This document shows, one piece after another, positions 18,767 to 29,400 of a DNA stretch of 64,000 bases. Every line of letters begins with the position of its first letter. Position 1 is the first letter of the stretch. Both the position numbers and the translations under genes were made by a program. The notes beneath the pieces were generated by a model. It did no database searches, was not told the origin of the DNA, and worked only from the letters and a program-made list of their open reading frames with translations. The stretch lies in the sequence record NC_041911.1. The stretch is one strand, 5' to 3'.

Positions 18767-18977
18767 TTTACCTTTCTTTGAGGTTGTTGGATAGAAAGGA
18801 TTTATCGAGTTTGGCCTTCTCCTCGCGTTGGCTTTTATTCGCTCTCTGATTCTTTTTTCTTTATGGCCAGTATTATTGTTGTCAGGAAAAACCCTTCCAC
18901 CAAGATAGACCTATTGGTAAAAATTACATTTTACTCATCAGACATAGGGAGCGGCAATTAAGCCACTCCCTGATAAC

Positions 18978-19064
18978 TTAAAAACAGATGCACTCTACGT
19001 CCCAGTACCCGCAGTTGGGGCAAGTGAGATCATACGAGCTTACCTTAACTTTTCGGTATTTCAT
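18978..19064 (-). CDS. 28-aa Cys-rich micro-protein
   Basis: MKYRKVKVSSYDLTCPNCGYWDVECICF; AGGAGG SD; followed by terminator hairpin. Confidence 0.55.
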   Translation of the reverse strand: MKYRKVKVSSYDLTCPNCGYWDVECICF

Positions 19065-19073
19065 ACCCACCTC

Positions 19074-19421
19074 CTAGCGAGCAATGACAATGCCCTTGAC
19101 CCGTGTCTTCTTGAGCGGTTTAGCGTATTGCAGTCGCTTAGCTTCAGAGCGCTTGTGGCGCTCCTTGCGACTCTGCTGCAAGCTCGCTTCCTTAGCCAGC
19201 GAGTTCTGCCAACCAGCACGTGACAAGAGTCGCTTGTGCTCTGCAAAGCTCAGATCTCGTACAAGGTACTCCAGATTGTGGAGATACGTACCGGGGAACT
19301 GTTCCAGCTGATGCATCGAGAGCAGATTAGTTTGTGCAGACCTTCTCAGGCCCTCGATCAAGGCTCTAGACATAGCCGAACTAGCACCAGAACCACCTAT
19401 CACTACGACTCTTCGTTCCAT
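19074..19421 (-). CDS. Hypothetical basic protein
   Basis: 115 aa, GGAAGAA SD. Confidence 0.6.
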   Translation of the reverse strand: MERRVVVIGGSGASSAMSRALIEGLRRSAQTNLLSMHQLEQFPGTYLHNLEYLVRDLSFAEHKRLLSRAGWQNSLAKEASLQQSRKERHKRSEAKRLQYAKPLKKTRVKGIVIAR

Positions 19422-19432
19422 TATTCTTCCTT

Positions 19433-19621
19433 CTACTCTTTGGGATGGAAATGCAGAATAGCCAGCAACTCTTGGCGAGTGTAGTTACCGTTCAGATTCA
19501 CGTAAGGTACGGAATTACAACGGTCTCCCCAAAACAACTCGGTTAGGTTCAATCCACTTTTAGTACCCGTACCGCCAAGGATTTTATCAGCTTGTTCATC
19601 TGTCATCAGTGACATGATCAC
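19433..19621 (-). CDS. Hypothetical protein
   Basis: 62 aa, AGGAG SD. Confidence 0.6.
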   Translation of the reverse strand: MIMSLMTDEQADKILGGTGTKSGLNLTELFWGDRCNSVPYVNLNGNYTRQELLAILHFHPKE

Positions 19622-19927
19622 TCCTTTAGTGTCTTCCTTATAATGCTCTATAACAGGTTTATTCTCTACTTATAGTCAGAGCTTCGCTAGGTTAGCTAGA
19701 GGAGCGCTATGACGCTCCTAGGTACTCTAGAAGGGAAGATAAAGGATGGTCGTGCTATGGCACGACAAATGTTTACTAGCAAAACGACCCCATTGGGCAT
19801 CACTCGGTGTCTCTACAACCCGAAGGTCGTAGGGACGCGTCTCAGAGCAGTAGCAAGCTGCTCCATGGGATAAGGAAGGGGTGTAAAAAAGCAGCATAAA
19901 GAGAGGGCCGAAGCCCTCTCCTCATTT

Positions 19928-20251
19928 TTAACGCCAGTGGAAACCACCACCGCTACCAGTCTTCGGAGGCGGAGGAGTAACACCAGTTGGGTTGACGATG
20001 ACGTGAACAGACGCACGCGTCATGGCGGGGGTAGCAGGACTCAGTTGTGTTGCTTTGTTGACGTGAGTCTTACCGGTTGCCTTGAGCGAGTAAATGTTCG
20101 ACTTGACCTTGGCCGCGTAAAACACGACTCCATGTTTGACAGTTGCAGCAGGACTGGGGTACGTCGAGCTGATGCTCCCGTACTGGCCGCCCCAACGGAC
20201 AGGAGGACCAAGCCCAGTCATGCAACTGACCTTAGCGATCACTCCTGCCAT
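19928..20251 (-). CDS. Small basic protein, GGGFHWR family (copy 3)
   Basis: Ends GSGGGFHWR; TAA-ATG coupling to upstream gene. Confidence 0.8.
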   Translation of the reverse strand: MAGVIAKVSCMTGLGPPVRWGGQYGSISSTYPSPAATVKHGVVFYAAKVKSNIYSLKATGKTHVNKATQLSPATPAMTRASVHVIVNPTGVTPPPPKTGSGGGFHWR

Positions 20252-21937
20252 TTAGGTCGATGCCTCCACAACAACGTCGCCGATGCCATTGATACTGATC
20301 GGAACGAGCGTATCGCCAGTCGTGCTGGTCGTTACCGAAGTGGTCGTTGCGCCACCCGCGAAGGTAGCGTTACCACTGGTGATGGCCAGATTCAGGTTCT
20401 GAGCGATGCGCACGCCGGACGAGTTCCAGATGTTCACGTGAGCGTTCGTATTGATCGCAGCACCACTAAAGGTGTAGATCGAATTGTCGAACGTCACAGA
20501 TACACTGTTCGGCAGGTTTTCCGGGTTGATGTAATACAGCACTGCACCATTACCAGACTGGTTACCGCTACTGCCTTCGATCATCCAGATCCGTTCTTGC
20601 GAGTCAACGCCAATCGCAATGAACTGACCAGCATACTCGCTCACCTTTTGGAAGAGCGTGGCATCATTGAACTTGTAGATCGCGATACGGTCAGCCTGAC
20701 GCACCACCAGACGATCGTGCGCGTCAGACGTGAACATGGTGTGGTAAGCACGAGCATTATCAGCAATGCTGAATTTCTGAACGAATTTCAGCGTGCTCTT
20801 GCTGGTGATTTCGAACAGAACGCCGACGTGGGAAGCCTGGGCTTCCAGGGTACTGGCTGGCGCTTCCGTGATCGTCACAAGCAGATAAACCTTGCCTGTA
20901 GTCGAAGTACGATCGATGATGGATGCGCGGATCTTGCGTGCGCTCGGCTGAGCGCGACTCAGTGCTGGGAATGCGGACACGCCACCATTGCCAGTCCAGT
21001 CGTAAGTGCAGGCCGCCAGCGTAGCGGTCGGCGTGGTCGGTATGGTATCGACAGTAATGGTCGACACCGAAATATTGTCAGAACCAGCAGTCGACTCAGC
21101 TACGAAGAAATAACCGCGCGCCGAAGTCTCGTTGATGATGTGCGACGGAACCGCACCGCAGTGGTCAACGCTCGCAGCGCCGGTGATAGCAGCACTCAGA
21201 GTCGTCAGCGTTTTTGCTTGACGGTTAATCACGGCAACAGTAGCGGCGTCAGTAGCTGTTTGCCACTGTTTGTTACTGTAAAGAACAGCGAAGCTGCCCA
21301 GAATACCAGTGATTGTCCGACCGTGGGACTGCCCGGAGAACGAACCCATCAGTGGAGAGTTTGCTGTATTGAAGTCAGCAGCTGCATTCGTAACTTGGCT
21401 CGAACCAAAACCCATCGCTTGCAGGATGTTGATGTAAGAGCCGGAGACTGCTGGCAGCCAAGATGAGATCGCGTTGTACTGATCCAGGGAGCCAGTCCAG
21501 CTAGCATAAGAAGCCAGCGCATCCATGGTAGCGCGATCGCGCTTGAACATGCCGTTACGCGCACCCAACCCGCCACCACCAGCCACCACAACGAAATTCT
21601 CGCCGGGTTGCGGCGGGACGTAATTGGGAGTGCCGTTGGCCAGCAGGCCAGCATTCATGTAATCGGAGCAACCGCCGCCAGCATCGCTAGCCGCAGCTAT
21701 AAACATGGCGTTCGGTGTAGCCGAATAGATGACGCGAGGAAGCGCCATGTACCAGCCTGGACCACCGTCAGGAGTAGTGCCAGAATAAGGTAATGGCGCG
21801 CTCGGACCTTGGCGATAGTTGTCGCCAAGCGGAGCCAGCGTGGTGGGGTTATACGGGGAACCGTCGATATAGAGAGTGCCGTCAATGTCGACGACGTTCA
21901 TCCCCAAACCACGACGCAGGGTTTTGAACTTAATCAT
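20252..21937 (-). CDS. Large fibre/receptor-binding-like protein (paralog 3)
   Basis: 561 aa; shares RRGLGMNVV, ARKIRASIIDRT and C-terminal Ig-like domain with 22259..23956. Confidence 0.8.
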   Translation of the reverse strand: MIKFKTLRRGLGMNVVDIDGTLYIDGSPYNPTTLAPLGDNYRQGPSAPLPYSGTTPDGGPGWYMALPRVIYSATPNAMFIAAASDAGGGCSDYMNAGLLANGTPNYVPPQPGENFVVVAGGGGLGARNGMFKRDRATMDALASYASWTGSLDQYNAISSWLPAVSGSYINILQAMGFGSSQVTNAAADFNTANSPLMGSFSGQSHGRTITGILGSFAVLYSNKQWQTATDAATVAVINRQAKTLTTLSAAITGAASVDHCGAVPSHIINETSARGYFFVAESTAGSDNISVSTITVDTIPTTPTATLAACTYDWTGNGGVSAFPALSRAQPSARKIRASIIDRTSTTGKVYLLVTITEAPASTLEAQASHVGVLFEITSKSTLKFVQKFSIADNARAYHTMFTSDAHDRLVVRQADRIAIYKFNDATLFQKVSEYAGQFIAIGVDSQERIWMIEGSSGNQSGNGAVLYYINPENLPNSVSVTFDNSIYTFSGAAINTNAHVNIWNSSGVRIAQNLNLAITSGNATFAGGATTTSVTTSTTGDTLVPISINGIGDVVVEAST

Positions 21938-21954
21938 GAAGCATCCTTAAAAGG

Positions 21955-22257
21955 TTATCTCCAATGGAAGCCACCGGCTTTTCCAGTTGGGTAGATGGGG
22001 TTAGCGGGTCCGGAAACGTTGGTGGTGGAAATCGCTTTTGCTACGGCGCGCTTTTGGTTGACCGGTGACGTCAGAGAAACCTTATAGCAGTGAGCACTCG
22101 CCTTAGCACGAATTCTGTCATTCAGCGATTTCGAGTCCATTACTTTTGCCGATGCTAGAACGTAAGCAGTCGGTTGGCGAGAACGAGCTGTCGTTCTCGC
22201 CTTCAAAGCAGGACCTTTACCATCCAACACGAGAGTGTGAAGGATGATGCCTGGCAT
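21955..22257 (-). CDS. Small basic protein, GGFHWR family (copy 2)
   Basis: Start MPGIIL 1 nt after upstream TAA; ends GKAGGFHWR. Confidence 0.8.
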   Translation of the reverse strand: MPGIILHTLVLDGKGPALKARTTARSRQPTAYVLASAKVMDSKSLNDRIRAKASAHCYKVSLTSPVNQKRAVAKAISTTNVSGPANPIYPTGKAGGFHWR

Positions 22258-22258
22258 A

Positions 22259-23956
22259 TTAAGTCGTAGCCTCGATAACCACGTCACCAATGCCGATGAT
22301 GTTCACCGGAACTTGCAGCGTAGCTGTAGTCAATGTGGTTACGGTCGTTTGCGTCGTACCATCTTGGAACTTCGCATTGCCACTCGTGATCGTGATCGTC
22401 ACGTTGCCGGCTTTGCGTACACCAGCGGCCGTGCGGAGATCCACGTTCAGGTTCGCAGCTACCGGAGTGCCTGCGAATTGATACGTACCGCTATCGAATG
22501 AAACCGACAGGCTATTTGGAATACTTTCCGGATTCACGTAGTAGAGCGACGGACCTTGTGCAGACAGGTTACCGGCCGTTACATCAATCATCCAGATGCG
22601 TTCGGTGCTATCCACACCCACGCCGCCCCAAACACCGCTGTACTCAGCCAATTTGGCGAAGTAAGTACCGTCGGTAAACTTATAGACAGCGATACGGTCA
22701 ACTTGCTTCACGATCAGACGATCGTGGGTATCGCTGGTCCACAACGTACCGTTAGCGCGCGCGTTGTCAGCCAAACTGATTGACTGTACGAACTTCAGAC
22801 TGGTGGGTGTGGTGATCTCGAACAGCAGACCCTTCATAGCTGCTTGAGCTTCGAAGGATGACGAAGTCGGTTCAGTCACCATTACGAAGAGATAGCGTTT
22901 ACCTGCTGTAGCTGTGCGGTCAATGATGGATGCGCGGATCTTGCGCGCGCTGGACGTGTTGCGACTCAGCGCGGTAAAGGCAGTCACACCGCCATTGTTG
23001 GTCCAATCAATGGTTGCCACTTGATTGGAGGCAGTCGGAGTACCAGTACAATCCACCGACACTACGTTAATAGCGACGTTATCGCCACCGGCAATCGACT
23101 CCGGCGCGTAGAAATAACCCGTGCTGGCGCCAGTATAGGTCATTTCCGAAGCAACGCTGCCGGCGCGATCCTGCGACGCCGCGCCAGTAACTGCTGTGCT
23201 TACCGCAGTAGCTACTCTGGTTTGGCGATTTACTACGTGCAAAGTATTCGCGGCAGTGGCCGGAGAAGCATTGGCTAGCGAACTGAAGAATACTGCGTAA
23301 CTACCAAGAATACCTACACACTGACGGATCTTGAAGTCATTACCGATGGAAGTACCGAAATACACTGATGGGGCGGTTGTGAAGTCAGCCGGTATGTTTT
23401 CGACGATATTCGAATAAGCATCTGCGCGTTGCGCCCACATCAGGTAGCTACCGCTGACGTTGGGTAGCCACATGGACATATGCATGTACCAGCCCGATTG
23501 GTTGGCGTAAGAACCACTACCTACACCAGGCATGGCAGCGAGCGCATCCATCGTAGCGCGATCGCGCTTGAACATGCCGCCGGTATAGCCCAAGCCAGCA
23601 CCGCCCGCCACGACGAGGAAGTTTTCACCGGACTGCAGCGGCACATATCCAGCAGTACCATTAGCAGTCAAACCAGCGTTCATGTAGTCGCTGTTATTAG
23701 CGCCACAATCAGAAGTCATATTGGCGACTACACCGTTAGCAGGACACCAGATGGTGGCGCGCTGTAGTGCCATGAACGGTGGGAATGCCCAATCCGTACC
23801 AAGAGCGTCGAGCTGTCTGGCCGGGCCTTGTTTGTAGTTGTCGCCAAGCGGAGCGAGTGTTTGAAGGTTGTAAGGAGAGCCATCGATGTACAGAATGCCA
23901 TCGATTTCTACAACGTTCATGCCGAGCCCTCGGCGGCAATTCTTGAACTTGATCAT
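22259..23956 (-). CDS. Large fibre/receptor-binding-like protein (paralog 2)
   Basis: 565 aa, clear paralog of 20252..21937. Confidence 0.8.
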   Translation of the reverse strand: MIKFKNCRRGLGMNVVEIDGILYIDGSPYNLQTLAPLGDNYKQGPARQLDALGTDWAFPPFMALQRATIWCPANGVVANMTSDCGANNSDYMNAGLTANGTAGYVPLQSGENFLVVAGGAGLGYTGGMFKRDRATMDALAAMPGVGSGSYANQSGWYMHMSMWLPNVSGSYLMWAQRADAYSNIVENIPADFTTAPSVYFGTSIGNDFKIRQCVGILGSYAVFFSSLANASPATAANTLHVVNRQTRVATAVSTAVTGAASQDRAGSVASEMTYTGASTGYFYAPESIAGGDNVAINVVSVDCTGTPTASNQVATIDWTNNGGVTAFTALSRNTSSARKIRASIIDRTATAGKRYLFVMVTEPTSSSFEAQAAMKGLLFEITTPTSLKFVQSISLADNARANGTLWTSDTHDRLIVKQVDRIAVYKFTDGTYFAKLAEYSGVWGGVGVDSTERIWMIDVTAGNLSAQGPSLYYVNPESIPNSLSVSFDSGTYQFAGTPVAANLNVDLRTAAGVRKAGNVTITITSGNAKFQDGTTQTTVTTLTTATLQVPVNIIGIGDVVIEATT

Positions 23957-24018
23957 GCCTTTACCCTTTACGAGTGAAACAGGCCACGCTATAAAGCGTG
24001 GCCTTTATGCCGCTACTC

Positions 24019-24435
24019 TTACGGCTGTTCTTGTTCAGTCACCGGAGCAGACAAGATGGCGGTCACGCGATCTTCAGTCAGCAGATTTTGGGTCACGTAG
24101 AACTCCATTCCAGCCTTGACATCCGGATCTTCCAGATCAATGAACTTAGCCAGCATCAGTCGATCATAGATCGCACGCACAGTCGGAACCGTCTGGGCAG
24201 CAGCCAGAATGCCGGCGTGCTCAGCCAGAGTGAAGCGACGTACCAGCGCCAGCGTAGTGATCTTGCGCGACAGAGTGCCTTGCATATTCTTGATCTCCGA
24301 AGTAGCCCAGGCTTCCGCAGTTGCTGCGTCAGCCCATGGTTGTTGAGTGTTGGGGTCAAACGGCTGCACCACGGTGTCAACACCATTGCATTGGATGGTC
24401 AGCACGCCATTGACGTAAGTAAACGTGTAATTCAT
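24019..24435 (-). CDS. Putative tail-fibre assembly chaperone
   Basis: RKITTLALVRRFT...IDLEDPDVKAG...LLTEDRVTAIL pattern; located in fibre cluster. Confidence 0.6.
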   Translation of the reverse strand: MNYTFTYVNGVLTIQCNGVDTVVQPFDPNTQQPWADAATAEAWATSEIKNMQGTLSRKITTLALVRRFTLAEHAGILAAAQTVPTVRAIYDRLMLAKFIDLEDPDVKAGMEFYVTQNLLTEDRVTAILSAPVTEQEQP

Positions 24436-24489
24436 TTTCCTATCCTTTTACTGGATGAAAGGGGAACCCGAAAGCTCCCCTTGTATCGA

Positions 24490-24771
24490 TTACCGCCAGT
24501 GGAACCCACCGCCTTTGCCGCCGCCATTCGACATTTTGACAAAATTGCAGCGAGAAGCAATCGTTGCAGCCACAGGCACAATCCCAGGCGCAACCAGTTT
24601 AACACTGGCCTTGACGCGTTGAGTCAAGAGCGGTTTCCCGCTCACGACTTTTGCTTTCACGCGCTTAAATGCCAGTTGGTTGACGGTGGCCTGGCCATGC
24701 ACGCTAACCACTTGGTTCTTTACAGTCCCAGGGTCAAACGTGACGCGAGACGTTACCGTTGCTCTGGTCAT
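24490..24771 (-). CDS. Small basic protein, GGGFHWR family (copy 1)
   Basis: Ends GKGGGFHWR; ATGA overlap with upstream gene. Confidence 0.8.
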   Translation of the reverse strand: MTRATVTSRVTFDPGTVKNQVVSVHGQATVNQLAFKRVKAKVVSGKPLLTQRVKASVKLVAPGIVPVAATIASRCNFVKMSNGGGKGGGFHWR

Positions 24772-26426
24772 GATGTAGCCGCATCGATCGAAATATCACC
24801 AGGAGCGGTGATAGTGAATGGAACCAGCGTCGGGCCAGTAGCAGACGTGGTGAACGTCGTCTGAGACAGCGTCACGTTCGTCGACGGCGTCAGCGTCACG
24901 TTTGCAGCAACATAGTTACCATTCGCATCCGTTACGGAGACCGTCAGTGTACCGCTAGCCGGCGCGCCGCTGTACGAGTAGCTGCCGCTATCAAACGACA
25001 GGTTGATCGTGTTAGCGGTGCCAGTCGGGTTGATGTACCACAGCTCCCATTCACACATCGTTGCGGGCGTAGCCGAAATCGGGTTGATGTACCAGAAGCG
25101 ACCAGCGGAGTCAAAGCCATGCGACCAAGCACCGTAATACTGAGTAGCGCTGACACGACCCAGTGTAACAGTGTTGGTCTTATTCAGGACACCACCAGTA
25201 CCGACCGACCAGAACTCGTAGCGGTCATCGTAGGCAACCACAAAGTTCATGCCATTGTCGTCTGCCGTGGTCATCGAGCGCGGGCTCGGTGCCAAGTTAT
25301 ACGTGCCCACGTAAGTGGCTGTATTTTTGTCGGTCAGCTTGTACACGTACATTTTCTGCAATGCCGTCGTCGGAGTGGCAGCACTGTTTTCGAAGCCGAT
25401 CACCAGTAGATATTTGTTACCATCCGTGTGGTTGATCAGTTGTACACGCATCACACCGACTTGCGTCAGTGTCATTGGGTTTTGATCCAAGGTCACCAAG
25501 TTATTGGTGATCGCTGGTGTTGCGTCCAGGCTACTCATAGCTACGCGATGGATTTCCATCGCAGTAGCGGAGCGCCAGATCACGTAGGAACTTTTCTCGT
25601 TAGAGAGAGTATCCCAAGCAAAGGACGGAGCAGATTGCGCATAACCCATGCCGGTGCTAATGGTAGAGGCTCCCGCCGGTGCACCCAGCGAGGTCGAGTA
25701 GGCAATTGCTGCCAGCGTTGCTTTAGCAACGGCTCGAACCTCCATTGTAGCCTGAATCGCGCTGGCGCCAACATACGTGTCGACAAAATACCAACGATTG
25801 GTGTCTTCGCCGACACGATGCGCGGCGAACATGGGTCCCAGAGCCCTAGAGCCAAACAAAAGCGTTGTTTGGCCAGCAGTGGTAGTGCCAACAGGAAAGC
25901 TTTCAACGCTCGCAGACAGATACGAGTTGCTGTAGTGCCGAGTCATAGCAAGCCGGCCAGCATTCACCGATGGTAACCAAACAGCTTCATGGTTCCACAG
26001 AGAAGTCGTATAGGTACTCGCACTAGCCGGATTACTGACGTTGCCGGTATTCGGGTCCCAGTCGTAAACCATAGCCAAACCAGCGTCGGAGAAGTTCCGG
26101 ATATTGCCATTCGGCAACGTCTGATGGCAAATCTCCACGCCGTTCCAGCGACCGCAAAGCACCATATCGAAATCGCTTGCGATCTGGCCCGGCGAACCTC
26201 CAGCAACGTTTGGTGTCATTGGCTGATAACCGCGCATCATTCGAATAGTCCATGCGTTGTTATACGCCACCGGTGACATGCTCGATGTCATCGGAGCCGC
26301 AGGAGCGCCGATGACTTCACTCAGGTCACTTACCCGGTACACTTTGTTATCGATGTGCAGGTTATTACCCAACTGAACAGCGAGGCGGTTGGGGAACATG
26401 CCCCGATAAGTCTTAAGTTTAGGCAT
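24768..26426 (-). CDS. Large fibre/receptor-binding-like protein (paralog 1, more divergent)
   Basis: 552 aa; C-terminal SFDSGSYSYSGAP...GDISIDAATS matches paralogs 2 and 3. Confidence 0.75.
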   Translation of the reverse strand: MPKLKTYRGMFPNRLAVQLGNNLHIDNKVYRVSDLSEVIGAPAAPMTSSMSPVAYNNAWTIRMMRGYQPMTPNVAGGSPGQIASDFDMVLCGRWNGVEICHQTLPNGNIRNFSDAGLAMVYDWDPNTGNVSNPASASTYTTSLWNHEAVWLPSVNAGRLAMTRHYSNSYLSASVESFPVGTTTAGQTTLLFGSRALGPMFAAHRVGEDTNRWYFVDTYVGASAIQATMEVRAVAKATLAAIAYSTSLGAPAGASTISTGMGYAQSAPSFAWDTLSNEKSSYVIWRSATAMEIHRVAMSSLDATPAITNNLVTLDQNPMTLTQVGVMRVQLINHTDGNKYLLVIGFENSAATPTTALQKMYVYKLTDKNTATYVGTYNLAPSPRSMTTADDNGMNFVVAYDDRYEFWSVGTGGVLNKTNTVTLGRVSATQYYGAWSHGFDSAGRFWYINPISATPATMCEWELWYINPTGTANTINLSFDSGSYSYSGAPASGTLTVSVTDANGNYVAANVTLTPSTNVTLSQTTFTTSATGPTLVPFTITAPGDISIDAATS

Positions 26427-29400
26427 TAGTTGTACTCCAAAGTAATCAACATGTCGGAACCGCTGCTACCCACTACTTGGAGGGAAACATTGCTTCCGGC
26501 AGGGAGACTGTTAGTTTCAGCCACATACATGTTGGTTTGACCGGCTGCCAGTGTGAGCGAGATATTATCGCTCGTACCGTCGGCATGATGGACAACGGCA
26601 TTCACCACGAGGTCAGTGGTAGCTACCGTACCCAGCTGCAGCCGGATACCAGCCAAGGCATGGGCATCTGCAGGCGGATACCAATTCATCGGAATCGAAG
26701 TGGTCTGAGTGATCGGACCATCGAAGGCAGCGGTCTTCTGACGGGTGAGCGTCAGCGCAGACCAAGCACCATTCTGACGAACGTAAACACCGTTGTCCTT
26801 CGGTGCCTCCAGAACATCTACCGGAATCCAGTTACCATCCTTGCGAGCGTAGAGCACGTCGTCAAAGTTGGCATCGTAGACGTTACCACCACCAAGGTAA
26901 CCCAACGCGCTCCAGGCCACCGTAGAGGTTTTCTGGAAGAACTGCAGCGATGCCGAGTTGAGGAAGTAATCCCCTACAGTGCCGTCGGCAGCCGATGGGT
27001 TGCGGGACAGTACGATCCAGCGAGTGCCCGGATCACCCTTGACACCTTGTACGCCCTGAATACCCTGAGCGCCTTGAATACCTTGAATACCCTGCAAGCC
27101 ACGCACACCCTGCGGGCCTTGGATCGGACCAACATCGATGAATGCTGTACCTGTCCATGCCCAACCATGCAGAGTGTCCTGAGCAATGTACATATCGCCA
27201 GGATTGGTGGAGGTAGCAGGCAGGTTAGCACTGGTATTAACCGTACCCAAGATTTTTACACCAGGACCCATCGGACCTTGGTCACCTTGCGGACCCTGAG
27301 CACCAGCTGCGCCAGGATCGCCTTGTGGTCCCTGAGCACCAGTATCGCCCTTTACGCCCTGCAGGCCTTGGATACCTTGGTCACCCTTGTCACCCTTCCA
27401 CTGCCCGGCATCAAGCCAGCTGACACCGTTCCACACGAAGAGATGATCGCCTACGCGATAAGCATCGCCGATGTTGTTGGTGCCGCTGACAGGCAGGGAA
27501 TTTTGGTCAGGCAGAATACCAAGCACCTTGATGCTGTTACCGGTATCGCCCTTATCACCTTTGTCACCTTTATCGCCCTTCAGGCCCTGGATACCCTGAA
27601 TACCCTGGATACCTTGTAGACCTTGTGCACCAGTGTCGCCTTTATCGCCTTTGACACCCTGTAAACCCTGAGGACCTACCGGACCTTGAATGACACCCAT
27701 GTCCGTGTACTGTGTACCATCCCAGCCCCAGAAGTGGCCGCCAATCAAATAACCCTCACCCAGCGTACCGGTAGCCGGCAGTTGCGAGGTATCTGTGAGT
27801 GTGCCAACGATACTGATGCCGGGACCCATCGGACCCTGCACACCCTGCGGACCCTGGATACCTTGGTCCCCTTGAATACCCTGGATACCCTGATCGCCTT
27901 TGTCACCTTTAATACCCTGGATACCTTGAATACCCTGGATACCTTGGTCCCCTTGAGCACCACGGAACGGACCAGCGTTCGTCCAATCAGTGCCGAGGAA
28001 GATATAAAGGTCGGTGCCTACAATGTAAGCGTCTTCCTGCGCGGGATTGGCAGGTAGTGACGGAACGTCCGCCACGACACCTTTGATCGCCAAACCACGC
28101 CCCATCGGACCCTGAGGACCGATATCGCCCTTAGCACCGACCAGCGAATTCAGCCAAGAATTCAGGTCACCTACGTAGCCATTTTCAACAGCCACTTGGT
28201 AAGCCGTAAGGCCAGCCGTGCCTTGCAGCGAAGCGATCCACTGGTCAATAGTACCAGTGAAACCACCAGCGACGGCAATATCAAAGGCAGAAGCACCGGT
28301 GGTGCCGGTATCGCCTTTCAAGCCCTGCAGACCCTGCAGACCTTGAGGTCCAGTATCACCTTTCGGACCTTGTACCAAACCGCAATCAACGAAGGCGGTG
28401 CCGGTCCACGCCCAGCCGTGCAGTGTATCGAGGGCGATATACATATCGCCCGGATCAGTGGAGGTTGCCGGGAGATCCGTGCTGCTCGGAACCGTGCCAA
28501 GAATCTTGACGCCCGGACCCATATCGCCCTTGTCGCCTTTCAGGCCTTGGGGACCAACGGGACCAATCGGTCCAATCAGAGTAGCAAGCCAGTCGGTCTG
28601 CGAGCCGGTAAAGCCATTGGCGACTGCCACATCAAAAGCAGACTTACCAACCAGCGAAGCCAACCACGCAGTCTGACCGCCTACGAAACCATTCGCTTGC
28701 GCAATCTGGTACGAAGACTTACCTTGCAGCGAAGCGATCCACTGCGACAACGTCATCGATTGCGGGATCAGGCCAGCATCCTTGGCCAGTTGGTAAGCAG
28801 ACTTACCTGCCGGACCCACCTGACCCACCGGAACCCAGTTCGTAGCGTCCCACACCCACATCACCGAGTCGATGATATACGCGTCGCCCGGAGAGTTGTT
28901 CTGCGCCGGAAGATCGCTGGTGGATTGGAACGAACCCTGAACTTTCAGGCCGATACCATCTGCGCCATGCAGAGAAGCCAGCCAATCGGCTTCCGTACCG
29001 CCAAAACCAGCCAATTGTGCCAGTTCATAGGCACTCTTGCCTTCGGGACCTTGCAGGTTGCCGAGATTCACCCACTGACCGCCCGTCACAGCCCAGAATT
29101 GCGGCCCGATCAGATAGCAATCGCCTTCTTGCGACGTAGTAACGTCAGGCAATTGAGATTGATCGGCCACAGCACCAAGCAAACGAGCACCGTTACCGAT
29201 CGGACCTTGTGCTCCGGTGTCGCCTTTGTCACCTTTCGGGCCTTTGAGCGACGCCGACCACTCAGCTTCAGTACCCGTAAAGCCACCGGCAACAGCGATA
29301 TCGTAAGCCGATGGGCCAGTATCGCCTTTGACACCTTGGATACCCTGATCACCCGGGATACCTTGGATACCTTGGTCACCTTTATCGCCCTTGTCGCCCT

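Noticed and set aside
19937-21466. 509-aa plus-strand ORF
   Set aside because: Antisense to the fibre-like paralog; no SD or motif support
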